The position numbers and the translations under genes are program-made. The notes under the pieces were generated by a model. That model had not been told where the DNA came from and did no database searches. It was given only the letters and a program-made list of their open reading frames with translations. Of a stretch of 64,000 nucleotides of DNA, positions 1-10,674 are shown piece by piece; within the stretch, counting starts at the first letter, position 1; each line of letters starts with the position of its first letter. The stretch is from an uncultured virus (IMG/VR IMGVR_UViG_3300043436_000696). Taxonomy: Duplodnaviria; Heunggongvirae; Uroviricota; Caudoviricetes. Location of the stretch: the IMG/VR virus record IMGVR_UViG_3300043436_000696. One strand, given 5' to 3'.

Positions 1-3000
1 TGTTTCTAAAGCATCTAATGCTTCTGAACAAACATCTAGTAAAACACTAGGACTAGTTGCTCAAAATTTAGCAATAAATGGTCAAGGTTTTGTTGTAACA
101 GAAGGTTTACTTGCTGGATTAAATACAAATGGTGCAAATGCAGGTGATCCTGTATGGTTAGGAACAGATGGTAATCTTATTTTTGGTTTATTAAATAAAC
201 CTACAGCTCCAGCTCACCTAGTATTTATTGGTGTTGTTACACGTGTACAATCAAATAACGGTGAAATTTTTGTTAAAGTACAAAACGGTTTTGAGCTAGA
301 TGAACTTCATGATCTTTCTGTAAAGAATGCATCAGATGGAGATATGATTAAGTATGTAGCATCTACAGGTCTATGGACTAAGATTGCTGCATCAACTACA
401 AACATTGTAGAAGGAACAAACCTTTATTACACACAAGGAAGATTTGACACTGCGTTTGCAGCTAAGTCAACAACAAACTTAACTGAAGGTACTAATTTAT
501 ATTATACGGACGCACGTGTAGGAACATATCTTACAAACAACTCTTACGCTACTCAAACATATGTAAACACAGCAGTTTCTAATTTAGTAGATGCTGCTCC
601 TGGTACATTAGATACATTGAATGAGTTAGCGGCTGCTCTTGGAGACGATCCTAACTTTGCTACTACAGTGGCAACAAGTATAGGTACAAAAGAACCTGCA
701 ATTACTGCTGGTACAACTAGTCAGTATTGGAGAGGAGATAAGACATGGCAAACCCTTCCTGTATATACACTATCAGGATTAGGTGGTGTACCGACTACTC
801 GTAGTTTAACTATTAACGGAACTGCGTATGATTTATCTGCTGACCGTTCTTGGACTATAAATTCTATGGTATATCCTGGAGCAGGTATTGCTGTTTCTAC
901 AGGTTCTGCATGGGGTACAAGTATTACAAATAATTCTACTAATTGGAACACAGCTTATGGATGGGGTAACCATGCATCTGCTGGTTATCTTACAGGAATT
1001 ACAAGTAGTCAAGTTACTACTGCATTAGGTTTTACACCTTATAATAGTAGTAATCCATCTGGTTATATTAGTTCTTATACAGAAACTGATACATTAAATA
1101 GCGTCACTACAAGAGGAAATACTACAAATAATGTATTGATTGTAGATCAATCTAATGATGGTTTTACTTTTAGAACAAGTGCTTCATGGGGTGGTTGGGC
1201 AAGAAATGCCTTTTCTATTTTATCAGGTGGAAATGATAGATTAGCATCATTTGGTGGATATGGTAGTAGTGGTTCATCAATAGCATACGCATTTATTGGT
1301 ACTGCATATAATGACTATTGGGCAGCATTTAGTACAGATGGTTCATTTAATACTAAATCAAATATTGGTATCAATGATGGGTATTTATATGCAAGTGCAG
1401 GTAGTGGAGCAGCATATAGTTCTAGATTAAGTACACAATATTCTTATCCATTAATTAACACTTATTTAGACAGTGTAGCAGGTGCTTCATATTCAGGAAG
1501 GTTACATTTTAGAACTACAAGTGGAGGTGGTGGGGCAGTTACTCAATATACTATGACTCATGAAGGTCTACATTATATGTATGGTCGTGATAATAGTGGA
1601 ACAAGAACAAGTCCATATAATACATTAACTATTGAAACAGATAACAATTCTAATCCATATAATGGATTTGGTGGTGCTATCTTGTTTAGAAATAGAATAT
1701 ATTCAGGTGGACCAACTCCGGGTGGTATAAGAGATAGTGCAAGAATCAGAACTTCTATACAAAATAATTCATCTGTAAACTATGGTACTGATTTAGTATT
1801 TGAAACTACTGCAACAGGAGATGGTTCATTAGTAACTAGATTAACTTTACCTTTTACAGGTTCTGCAACTTTTAGTGAAGGATTAAATACAAATGGAACA
1901 AATATTATTTATACAGGTAATGAATATTTAAGAAGTAGTGCAGTATCTGCAAATCAGCCACAATTTCAAACATGGTATAATTCAGCAGGTACTCGTAGAG
2001 GATACTTTGGATATGGCAGCAGTGGTAGTAACACACTAGAATTAAATAATGAAAGTGGTGGACAGGTGCTATTTAATGGAGGAGATATAATTGCTAATGG
2101 TAATTATTTCAGAATGAAAGGAGAGGGTAGTGCTGAATTTATATGGTATAAGGCATATTCAGGTAGTCCTTCTCACCCCGGCTTTGTAATTAATAATAGA
2201 GATGGTAATACTACATTTAGTCATAATGCCAATGGTGGTGGTACAAGTGTAAGTGGTAATTTTACTGCTGCTAACTTAGTTGCAAATGGTAGTTTATATT
2301 TACCTGATGGCGGTAGAATTATTGTAAATAATGAAACGGATACCTGGGGAATTAGATTTAGAACTACAGCATCAACAACTCAATTAGGTTCTAGTTTAAA
2401 GAATATTATATATACAGGTGGTGGTGCAAATGAAGGATTTGCTATACAAGGTAGTGGTTATGGTGCAGCATTTGAAGTTAGAAATAATGGTGCTACTTAT
2501 GTAGCAGGTACGTTAACTGCACAGGGAATGATTACAGGTAACTTAACAGGTAATGTTACAGGTACAGCATCAGCAGCAGAAACTAATACAGGTAGATATA
2601 GAGGTAGTTTTACGGTAGGTGGAAATACTAGTACATTTTATCCTGTTGCTTTTCAAATTGGTAGTGGTTCAACTGCTAATCAAGGTATTTCAGTTATTCA
2701 AATTGAGAGAGGTGGATATGATGACCCTGGATATAGTAATTATACATTTAGTACATTCCATTGTAGGATTAGAGCAAAAGCAGATGGATGGGGATTTGGT
2801 GCTTCATACTGGAGAGTAGAAGCAAATGCTTACACAACTCCAATGTTAGCAGATGTTGCTCAACAAAATCAAACTAGTCAATTAATTGTATGGTTAAGAG
2901 GTGGATGTGCATATAGATGGTATGATGTAGAAGGAGGTTGGAGTGTTAACTTTACTAATCCTGATGGAGGTAACTATGTTACATTTAGTGGTAATGCTAC

Positions 3001-3400
3001 TTATTCACCTACTACTACCAATACAATAGGTGCTACATTTCACTATCAACCACAATGGGGACAAGTATATTATGGTGGAACAATAACTGCAGGTGGTGAT
3101 GTTGTTGCTTATTCAGATGCTAGAGTTAAAACAAATCTTAGACCAATTGAAAATGTAATTGATAGAATCTGTAAATCAAGAGGTGTAATATATGATAGAA
3201 CAGATGTTGATAGTAATAATAACATTGGATTTATAGCACAAGAACTTGAAGAAACTTTTCCTGAATTAGTTACAACCGATGGAGATAGGAAGTCAGTTAA
3301 GTATCAAAATGCTACTGCAATATTATTTGAGGCTATAAAAGAACTTAAAGTAGAAAATGATGCTTTAAAAGAAACATTAAAACGTAATAATATTATATAA
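1..3400 (+). CDS. Tail fibre protein with C-terminal peptidase S74 intramolecular chaperone (5'-truncated)
   Basis: Frame of the 344..3400 ORF is open back to base 2 (VSKASNASEQ...NGFELDELHD), so the true start lies upstream. Contains the fibre motif NLVDAAPGTLDTLNELAAALGDDPNFATTV, a Gly/Ser/Thr/Asn-rich shaft, and YSDARVKTN...GFIAQELEE...EAIKEL coiled-coil S74 tail. Confidence 0.9.
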   Translation, partial: VSKASNASEQTSSKTLGLVAQNLAINGQGFVVTEGLLAGLNTNGANAGDPVWLGTDGNLIFGLLNKPTAPAHLVFIGVVTRVQSNNGEIFVKVQNGFELDELHDLSVKNASDGDMIKYVASTGLWTKIAASTTNIVEGTNLYYTQGRFDTAFAAKSTTNLTEGTNLYYTDARVGTYLTNNSYATQTYVNTAVSNLVDAAPGTLDTLNELAAALGDDPNFATTVATSIGTKEPAITAGTTSQYWRGDKTWQTLPVYTLSGLGGVPTTRSLTINGTAYDLSADRSWTINSMVYPGAGIAVSTGSAWGTSITNNSTNWNTAYGWGNHASAGYLTGITSSQVTTALGFTPYNSSNPSGYISSYTETDTLNSVTTRGNTTNNVLIVDQSNDGFTFRTSASWGGWARNAFSILSGGNDRLASFGGYGSSGSSIAYAFIGTAYNDYWAAFSTDGSFNTKSNIGINDGYLYASAGSGAAYSSRLSTQYSYPLINTYLDSVAGASYSGRLHFRTTSGGGGAVTQYTMTHEGLHYMYGRDNSGTRTSPYNTLTIETDNNSNPYNGFGGAILFRNRIYSGGPTPGGIRDSARIRTSIQNNSSVNYGTDLVFETTATGDGSLVTRLTLPFTGSATFSEGLNTNGTNIIYTGNEYLRSSAVSANQPQFQTWYNSAGTRRGYFGYGSSGSNTLELNNESGGQVLFNGGDIIANGNYFRMKGEGSAEFIWYKAYSGSPSHPGFVINNRDGNTTFSHNANGGGTSVSGNFTAANLVANGSLYLPDGGRIIVNNETDTWGIRFRTTASTTQLGSSLKNIIYTGGGANEGFAIQGSGYGAAFEVRNNGATYVAGTLTAQGMITGNLTGNVTGTASAAETNTGRYRGSFTVGGNTSTFYPVAFQIGSGSTANQGISVIQIERGGYDDPGYSNYTFSTFHCRIRAKADGWGFGASYWRVEANAYTTPMLADVAQQNQTSQLIVWLRGGCAYRWYDVEGGWSVNFTNPDGGNYVTFSGNATYSPTTTNTIGATFHYQPQWGQVYYGGTITAGGDVVAYSDARVKTNLRPIENVIDRICKSRGVIYDRTDVDSNNNIGFIAQELEETFPELVTTDGDRKSVKYQNATAILFEAIKELKVENDALKETLKRNNII

Positions 3401-6400
3401 TGGGTAATACTAGAAATACAGGCTATTTACAGAACATCGTAGTATATGATGCAAATGATAATATAACATTACCTGCAAGACTTGCTGTTACTGGAACTGT
3501 TTCTGTTAATAACACTACTCCTTATGATACTACCCAGTTTTCATTAGATGTTAATGGTGGATTGATAGTAAAAAATATTAACAAGACTGCTCAGTTTGTT
3601 TTAATAAATTCTAATCCAGCTTCTGGTGGTAATAACGCATTTGTTGTTCATACAGTTGGTGGAACATCAGCTTCTTCTTATGCAGATATTCAAGGATATT
3701 ATGGTACATCTATAACAGGTAGTACAGTTCTTAGATTAAACCCACAAGGCGGTAATGTACTTGTAGGTAGTCTTGCTGGAACAGGAAGCAGAATGGTAGT
3801 AGCTAGTTCTACAGGAGTTTTATCAACACAAGCTATAGTTACCTTAGGTGACCTTAGTGGTGTTTCTACTGCTAGAACTCTTACTATTAATGGTACTACC
3901 CAAGATCTAAGTGCAAATAGAACTTGGACTCTTTATACAGATGATATTTCTGAAGACGGCTCACCTGTAAATCTTTGGTTTACAAACGCAAGAGCTAGAG
4001 CTGCAATTAGTGTAACTGGTTCAGGATCATATGATTCTGCTACAGGTGTAATTACTGTTACAGGAGGTGTAACAGCTGTTAATACAAAAACAGGAGATGT
4101 AACATTAACTACTTCTGACATTACTGAAGGAACAAGATTATACTATACAGACACAAGAGTTGGAACATATCTTACTAGTAATAGTTATGCAACCCAATCT
4201 TATGTAACTACACAGATAGCTAATTTGGTTGATTCAGCACCAGGAACTCTTGACACACTTAATGAACTTGCTGCAGCTTTAGGAGATGACCCTAACTTTG
4301 CAACAAGTGTTGCTACATCTATTGGGACGAAACAAGCTCAGCTTAATGGCACTGGTTTTGTAAAAATAAGTGGAACCACTATAAGTTATGATAATTCTAC
4401 CTACTTAACCTCGTTTACTGAAACAGATCCTATATATGTAGCTAGTTCATGGTATAGTACAACTAATAACGCTTCTAACTGGAATACTGCATACGGGTGG
4501 GGAAATCATGCAAGTGGAGGATATTTAACTACTAGTTCTGCAGCTAGTACATATGCATCTCTTACAGGAGCTTATGCCAATCCATCTTGGATTACATCAT
4601 TAGCTTATTCTAAGATTACAGGAGTTCCTGCATTCTTAACTTCTTATACAGAAACAGATACTCTTGCTACTGTTACAGGGAGAGGTAATACAACAACAGA
4701 TAGAATTAATGTTCGTGGTATTGGTAATCAATCAGGTGGTAATATTTTAATGGGTAATCTAGGTGTGAATACTAATAAATGGTCATATCTAATAGGAACT
4801 CATTATAATACAACTACTCAACCACAAGGTGTATCTATAATTGGTTTGTATTCTGATTTAAATAACAATACTATTGTAATTGGTGGTTCAATATATGAAG
4901 CAAATCCTGCAACAGAAATACAATTTTGGACACATAATGCTACAAGTCATAATTTAGGTGGAACTAAAAAAATGACTTTAAATAGTGATGGTAATTTATC
5001 TATTACTGGTACTGTATCTGCTTCAAATTTTAGTGGAACACATAGTGGTTCATCAAGTGGGACTAATACAGGTGATCAAACTAATATTACTGGTAACGCT
5101 GGAACAGCAACATTAGCAGCTAATAGTACTTTATGGAATGGTTTATCTACGCCATCTGGATTTACATCAACAGGAACTGTAGATAAATTAGCTGGTGGAT
5201 TAACTGGATTTGGTGATATTGTTTGGCTTTCACAAGCTAGAGTACAATCATTTTTAGGTCTTGGTTCTTTAGCATATAGTTCAGCTACTATTCCTACAAA
5301 TACTAACCAATTAACAAATGGTGCGGGTTATATAACATCATATACTGAAACTGATACTTTGGCTTCTGTTACGGGAAGAGGAGCTTCTACATCAACAGCA
5401 CTTACTTTAAGTGGTGGTTCTGGTACAACACCAACAATTGCATTAGATAGAAATATTGCTACTCCTTCTAATTACTATAGTGGTTTACAGTTAGAAATTA
5501 GAGCTACATCAGGAACAGCAGGTATTGGGCTTCATAGAAATGGATTTTCACATGTAGGCATTTATCATGATGCTCAGGATACCATTAAGTTTAATATGAA
5601 TAGTGGTACTGTTACCATTAATCATAATACAGGAACTGTTTGGGGATCAGGTAATCTTACAAATCTTAATCAGCTTACTAACGGACCCGGGTATATTACA
5701 GGAAATCAGACTATAACACTTTCTGGTGATGTTTCAGGAAGTGGTACAACAAGTATCTCTGTAACTATAGGAGCTAGTAGAGTAACTAATGCAATGTTAG
5801 CTAATAGTTCTTTCAATATTGGTACTACATCAATATCTCTTGGTAGATCTAGTGCTGTTCAATCTCTTACAGGAGTAAGAATATCTGGAATAGATAACAC
5901 TTATGGTAATGCCTTAGTTCAATCTGGAGCAGGAAGAACAGATGATGCAAATGGAGATACTTGGATATTTGCAGATTCTCTTGGCAGTGATTCAAATAAA
6001 TGGGGTATAAGACATGATCAAGTTAGTAATCGTATAGATTTTTGGGGTAATAATACAAAAAATTCTTATATACAACTAAATACTGGTGTTTACTTTGGTG
6101 ATGTATCTGGTAATGCTTCTACAGCAACTAATGTAGCATGGACTGGTGTTACAGGAAGACCTACAGCGTTATCAAGTTTTACTAATGATCTTGGAAACTA
6201 TGGTGGTTGGATAACTGGTGTAACTAATATTAGTGGATATTCTGGAAGTGTTAATATTCCTGACTGGAGAAATACTTCTTATACTCCAGCACAGTATGAT
6301 GGTAATAGAGTAAACTGGCATTTTAATAATACAAATTATAATGATAGTCCTCCTGGTGATTTTTGGGGAGCTATGCAGACCGTATCTCCATGGTCAGAGT

Positions 6401-7101
6401 TTAATGTTTCACATAGACAATCTCAATTATGGTGGGGTGGTAGTGTAGGACTAAGTTACAGATATGCATTAGGTAGCGGGTATACTCCTACAGGATGGTC
6501 TAGTTGGGAAAGAATAATAACTTCAGCTACTATTAGTTCACAACCTGTAGTTACAATTCAAGATGGTCCTCCATCTGGTACTGCAGGTAGATTATGGTGG
6601 GAGAGTGATACAGGTAAATTAAAAGTGTATTATGGTAGTGCTTGGGTTGATGCTAGTCCTATTCCAGATTCATCTCTTTTCTTTGCTAAAGCAGGAGGAG
6701 TTATCACTGGAGATGTATCAATTGGACAAACTCTTAACGTAGTAGGAAACACACTTGTTCAAGGTAACATTAATGCGTTTGGTGATATAACAGCTTACAG
6801 TAGTTCAGATAGCAGACTAAAAGATAACATTACTATTATTGAATCACCACTTGAAAAACTATCTAAAATAAACGGTGTTTCGTTTAATTGGAATGATAAA
6901 CAATCTGTATATGAAGTAGGTGCAAAAGACTATGGTGTTATTGCACAAGAAGTTGAAGAAGTTTTACCTGAACTTGTAACTACAAGAGATAATGGATATA
7001 AAGCTGTACGTTATGAAAAAATAGTATCTTTGTTAATAGAAGCAATTAAAGAGCAACAAACTCAGATTAATAACCTAACTGATAAACTTAACAAGTTATA
7101 A
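3400..7101 (+). CDS. Tail fibre protein with C-terminal peptidase S74 chaperone
   Basis: 1233 aa; same APGTLDTLNELAAAL module, repeated SYTETDTL..VTGRG units, C-terminal SSDSRLKDNI...GVIAQEVEEVLPELV...EAIKEQQ; start overlaps previous stop (TAATG). Confidence 0.92.
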   Translation: MGNTRNTGYLQNIVVYDANDNITLPARLAVTGTVSVNNTTPYDTTQFSLDVNGGLIVKNINKTAQFVLINSNPASGGNNAFVVHTVGGTSASSYADIQGYYGTSITGSTVLRLNPQGGNVLVGSLAGTGSRMVVASSTGVLSTQAIVTLGDLSGVSTARTLTINGTTQDLSANRTWTLYTDDISEDGSPVNLWFTNARARAAISVTGSGSYDSATGVITVTGGVTAVNTKTGDVTLTTSDITEGTRLYYTDTRVGTYLTSNSYATQSYVTTQIANLVDSAPGTLDTLNELAAALGDDPNFATSVATSIGTKQAQLNGTGFVKISGTTISYDNSTYLTSFTETDPIYVASSWYSTTNNASNWNTAYGWGNHASGGYLTTSSAASTYASLTGAYANPSWITSLAYSKITGVPAFLTSYTETDTLATVTGRGNTTTDRINVRGIGNQSGGNILMGNLGVNTNKWSYLIGTHYNTTTQPQGVSIIGLYSDLNNNTIVIGGSIYEANPATEIQFWTHNATSHNLGGTKKMTLNSDGNLSITGTVSASNFSGTHSGSSSGTNTGDQTNITGNAGTATLAANSTLWNGLSTPSGFTSTGTVDKLAGGLTGFGDIVWLSQARVQSFLGLGSLAYSSATIPTNTNQLTNGAGYITSYTETDTLASVTGRGASTSTALTLSGGSGTTPTIALDRNIATPSNYYSGLQLEIRATSGTAGIGLHRNGFSHVGIYHDAQDTIKFNMNSGTVTINHNTGTVWGSGNLTNLNQLTNGPGYITGNQTITLSGDVSGSGTTSISVTIGASRVTNAMLANSSFNIGTTSISLGRSSAVQSLTGVRISGIDNTYGNALVQSGAGRTDDANGDTWIFADSLGSDSNKWGIRHDQVSNRIDFWGNNTKNSYIQLNTGVYFGDVSGNASTATNVAWTGVTGRPTALSSFTNDLGNYGGWITGVTNISGYSGSVNIPDWRNTSYTPAQYDGNRVNWHFNNTNYNDSPPGDFWGAMQTVSPWSEFNVSHRQSQLWWGGSVGLSYRYALGSGYTPTGWSSWERIITSATISSQPVVTIQDGPPSGTAGRLWWESDTGKLKVYYGSAWVDASPIPDSSLFFAKAGGVITGDVSIGQTLNVVGNTLVQGNINAFGDITAYSSSDSRLKDNITIIESPLEKLSKINGVSFNWNDKQSVYEVGAKDYGVIAQEVEEVLPELVTTRDNGYKAVRYEKIVSLLIEAIKEQQTQINNLTDKLNKL

Positions 7102-7102
7102 G

Positions 7103-8137
7103 ATGGCAATAAGTTTTCCTTCTTCTCCATCAATAGGTGATCAGTTTCCAGCAGCAAATGGAAGAGTCTATCTTTGGGATGGTTCTTGGACTACTAAAGC
7201 AGATACTACAACACCCAACCCTTTTGCAGCTAAGCCGTTTAAGTTTAGATCTATTTACACAAGAGGGTATATGGCGGGAGGTTATAAAAATGCATCTCCA
7301 TGGAAAAATCTTAATAGAACTGTACATTCTACAGATATTACAACAAACCTTGGAGATCAGATAGATTATGGTGGTGCATATGTAGACGCAGGTTACAGTG
7401 ATTATAACATGTTTGTATATGGTCTTGATGATGCTTTTTCTGGAGCTAGTACACATACATCTTCTATTAGTATGCTTACAGAAGTTAAAAGAACACATAA
7501 CTCTAGTTGGAATACTAAAACTACAAGAGACGATGTTGGATGTATAATGAACTCAACATTGACAATGGCTTACATTACAGCCGGGGGATCAACAGCTACA
7601 GATAAACATAATTATGTTACAGAAGTAATGTATAATGCTGGATCTGCTCCTGCTGGTCCTACAGCTGGAGATACGTATGGTAATGTAGCAGCGTGGCAAG
7701 GAGAGTTTAAAGGTTGGATTTGGAAAACGGGTCAAGGTGGAAACTTTACGTTTGCTACTGAAACCTGGAGTTCTGGTGGTACGACTGTAGCTACAGATGG
7801 ATGGGGTAAAGGATTATCTACTAAGCATGGGCATGCCTATGTAAAAAATGGGGGTAATATTGTAACAGGTGCTTATAAGTTAAATGATACTTCTGGTGCT
7901 CAAATAAGAACTGACTTAAACTTTGATAACTCTGGAGAGGAAAATTATCAAACTGGACAAAACTGGGGATACTGTGTTGGTCATTATAACGGAGCTCAAA
8001 ATAATAATACCTATAAGGTACATTCAATAACAGATGTTTATACAGTACTAGGATCTGATTCTCAACCAAAAGGACATGACGGTGCGTCATCCGGAGGGTG
8101 TGCGTCAGCTAGTGCGTTAATTTTAGGAGGACTATAA
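7103..8137 (+). CDS. Gly/aromatic-rich repeat protein (probable beta-propeller) with FPSSP virion-type N-terminal motif, paralogue 1
   Basis: N-terminus MAISFPSSPSIGDQF...YLWDGSW; repeated GY.xGG/AY.xGG strand starts as in kelch-like propellers; colinear with next ORF. Confidence 0.55.
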   Translation: MAISFPSSPSIGDQFPAANGRVYLWDGSWTTKADTTTPNPFAAKPFKFRSIYTRGYMAGGYKNASPWKNLNRTVHSTDITTNLGDQIDYGGAYVDAGYSDYNMFVYGLDDAFSGASTHTSSISMLTEVKRTHNSSWNTKTTRDDVGCIMNSTLTMAYITAGGSTATDKHNYVTEVMYNAGSAPAGPTAGDTYGNVAAWQGEFKGWIWKTGQGGNFTFATETWSSGGTTVATDGWGKGLSTKHGHAYVKNGGNIVTGAYKLNDTSGAQIRTDLNFDNSGEENYQTGQNWGYCVGHYNGAQNNNTYKVHSITDVYTVLGSDSQPKGHDGASSGGCASASALILGGL

Positions 8138-8138
8138 T

Positions 8139-9176
8139 ATGGCATTTTCATTTCCATCATCACCAAGTACAGGAACGTTATTTACAGCTCCTAGTGGTGT
8201 TATGTATGTTTGGGACGGAAGCTGGACAACAATGGGAGATACTCAAGCATCTAATCCATTCAGTAATAGCTTTTTATATAGATCTATCTATACAAAAGGA
8301 TATATGAATGGTGGGTATAAAAATAGTTCTCCTTGGAGGAATGTTAATAAAACTATTCATTCTACAGATATGACAACTAACTTAGGAGATAAGTTGGTTT
8401 ATAATAGTAGTTATGTTGGTGGAGGATTTAGTGATTATAATAGTTATATCTATCCTAGTACAGGAGCTGTTGGTGGTTCAGGTACTATTGTAGAATCTAT
8501 GAACATGGCTAATGAAACAATGTTTTCATTAGACTCTGCTAGATATTTAAAAAGTACACGTAGTGACTGTGAGGCATTAATGACACCTGCATTAACAGCT
8601 GCATATATTGTAGGGGGTGGTACAACTGCTGTTGACAGACATAACTTTACTACAGATGTTATGTTTTCTGCAGGTACAGCTCCAGCATCTCCATTAAGTG
8701 GTGGAACAGCTGGAGGTCTTGGTTCTTTATTTGGTAGATTTAAAGCTTGGATTTCTCAAGGAGCAGGATCATCATTTACTTGGGCTACAGAAACATGGGC
8801 TACAGGAGGAATGAGCTGGGGAACTGATGGACAGCCAAAAGGTTTATCTAGCAAACATGGTCATGGTTATGGTGGAGTAGGTAGTTATTCTGGTTCTTCT
8901 TATGTTTATAAGTTTAGTGAAGCAACAGGTTCAAATCTTGCTACAGTTAATAGAGCTAAAAATAATGGTGAAGAAAACTGGCAGATAGGTCAAAACTGGG
9001 GATATATGCTTGGGGCATATGATGCAGCACCTCTTGGTCAAAATAATGATGCTGAAAGAATTAACTATCTAACTGATACATACACACAATTAGGTAGTGA
9101 CACTCAACCAAAAGGTCATGATGGGGCATCCTCAGGATCTTGTGCTACAGGTTCAGCAGCATTTGTTGGTTATTAA
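8139..9176 (+). CDS. Gly/aromatic-rich repeat protein (probable beta-propeller), paralogue 2
   Basis: 345 aa, aligns end to end with 7103..8137 (RSIYT.GYM.GGYKN.SPW, KGLS.KHGH, GEEN.Q.GQNWGY, LGSD.QPKGHDGASSG). Confidence 0.55.
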   Translation: MAFSFPSSPSTGTLFTAPSGVMYVWDGSWTTMGDTQASNPFSNSFLYRSIYTKGYMNGGYKNSSPWRNVNKTIHSTDMTTNLGDKLVYNSSYVGGGFSDYNSYIYPSTGAVGGSGTIVESMNMANETMFSLDSARYLKSTRSDCEALMTPALTAAYIVGGGTTAVDRHNFTTDVMFSAGTAPASPLSGGTAGGLGSLFGRFKAWISQGAGSSFTWATETWATGGMSWGTDGQPKGLSSKHGHGYGGVGSYSGSSYVYKFSEATGSNLATVNRAKNNGEENWQIGQNWGYMLGAYDAAPLGQNNDAERINYLTDTYTQLGSDTQPKGHDGASSGSCATGSAAFVGY

Positions 9177-9196
9177 TTAATATATTTGTACATTTG
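9166..9196 (+). promoter_or_regulatory. Bacteroidota-type housekeeping sigma promoter (-33 TTG / -7 TAnnTTTG)
   Basis: Tandem TATATTTG (9181) and TACATTTG (9189); TTG at 9166-9168 is 20 nt upstream of the second box; lies just before ORF 9222. Confidence 0.5.
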
Positions 9197-9221
9197 TAAA
9201 ATGTATTTAAACTAATATAGA

Positions 9222-9764
9222 ATGAAATATTTTATTATAAGATTTTATAAAGAAGTTCCTCAAATTACAGGAATGACTTCTATTGGTTGGCTTGACTCAT
9301 ATGGTATTTTTTCTGCTACTACTGAAGCAGAAGCTGAATTGCTTGCCTTAAATCTTAGTATGGAAGAACTTACTGAAGATGAAGCTTTAGTTGGATCTAA
9401 ATTTTATAGTGTTTCAAGAGAATTCCGTAAAGCTTATTCTGTAGTAGAAGGATTAGAACCAGATGAAGAAGGTGGATCTAAGACTAAGGTTTATCATACA
9501 GATCATACTAAAGCTGCTACACTTAGTTTGATGAAGAAGATTACTAAGCGTAGAATTGTAGATGAGTTTAATCGTAGAGAAGATCAAACTGGTAAAGAAA
9601 GTATTCTTGGTTCTATTGATGCCGCTGCTACTATCTGGGATTTAAATATTCTTAGAGAAGATTTACTAGGTGTAGAAATGCCTTTATATCAAGCTCAAGA
9701 AATGGGACTTCTTAATGAAAATGGTATACGTATTGTACCTGTTGATTATAGTAAAGGATTTTAA
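9222..9764 (+). CDS. Hypothetical protein (accessory cassette)
   Basis: 180-aa ORF filling the gap, acidic/helical, no motif recognised. Confidence 0.75.
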   Translation: MKYFIIRFYKEVPQITGMTSIGWLDSYGIFSATTEAEAELLALNLSMEELTEDEALVGSKFYSVSREFRKAYSVVEGLEPDEEGGSKTKVYHTDHTKAATLSLMKKITKRRIVDEFNRREDQTGKESILGSIDAAATIWDLNILREDLLGVEMPLYQAQEMGLLNENGIRIVPVDYSKGF

Positions 9765-9794
9765 AAATTAAATTTAATAACTAAAAACCAATTT

Positions 9795-10664
9795 ATGAAA
9801 AAAGTGAAGATGCTATTAGCAGCTTTATTTATTACTACATTGTCATTTGGTCAATATAGTAACAGTGCAATTAAACAAGGATCAGAAGAAAGTCTTAAAT
9901 TACAAGACACAGTTAAAAGTGAGTTACAAGCAATTGTTGTTAAAGCAAAGAAGGTACCGTTGATGACTAAGGTAGGACCTTACAATCAACCTCTTTGGAC
10001 AACAATTAGAATGTTTCCATCTACTAGAGTTTATGTAATGAACCCTCCAGGTACTGCAATGTATGAGAAGTGGTTTGATGTTAGACAGAGAAGAAATGGT
10101 CCGGCACAACTTAGAATGAGAGATGAGTTTACATTTGGTTTAGGTAAAAGACTTCAACTAGATCTTTATTCTCATACCGTATATGATGGTTATAATGGGG
10201 ATAAGACTTTTAAATGGAGAGGATTTTCTTGGGAGTTTAGATATGCTTTAGCTGACTGGGGTAAGATTTGGGGTAATCCAACTCTTTATTATGAGATGAA
10301 AATGTTAGACGGTCGTTGGGGTATTGAACCTAAATTATTACTAGGTGATAGGATTGGTAAAAAAGGTGTATGGGGATTTAATGCTATCTATGAAGGTAAT
10401 TTAGCTAGTACTAAAGAAGAGCAAGAAAGAGAATATGCATATACAGCATCTTATGCTAATATAATTAATAATGATTTGTCTCTTGGTATATCTCACATGT
10501 TTAGATATAACGATTTTGACGGGGGATCACAAGAATGGTACGTTGGTCCACTTTTACAATATCGTTTTAGTAACAAGGGTTATTTAAACATTGAGCATAT
10601 GCCGGGTCTTAATCAAGATGCAAAACAATCAAGAACTTTAATTATTTTTGGTTGGAGATTTTAA
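9795..10664 (+). CDS. Secreted outer-membrane beta-barrel (porin-like) protein
   Basis: Signal peptide MKKVKMLLAALFITTLSFG|Q; alternating aromatic/hydrophobic strands (EFTFGL, WEFRYAL, GIEPKLLL, WYVGPLLQYRF); C-terminal ...IIFGWRF ending in Phe as for BAM substrates. Confidence 0.7.
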   Translation: MKKVKMLLAALFITTLSFGQYSNSAIKQGSEESLKLQDTVKSELQAIVVKAKKVPLMTKVGPYNQPLWTTIRMFPSTRVYVMNPPGTAMYEKWFDVRQRRNGPAQLRMRDEFTFGLGKRLQLDLYSHTVYDGYNGDKTFKWRGFSWEFRYALADWGKIWGNPTLYYEMKMLDGRWGIEPKLLLGDRIGKKGVWGFNAIYEGNLASTKEEQEREYAYTASYANIINNDLSLGISHMFRYNDFDGGSQEWYVGPLLQYRFSNKGYLNIEHMPGLNQDAKQSRTLIIFGWRF

Positions 10665-10674
10665 ATAAAAACTA

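Noticed and set aside
344..346. ATG 344 as the start of the first fibre
   Set aside because: The frame is open and fibre-like from base 2, so the gene starts outside the window.
7103..9176. Diversity-generating retroelement template/variable repeat pair
   Set aside because: The paralogues differ at all base types across their length, both are full genes, and no reverse transcriptase is in the window.
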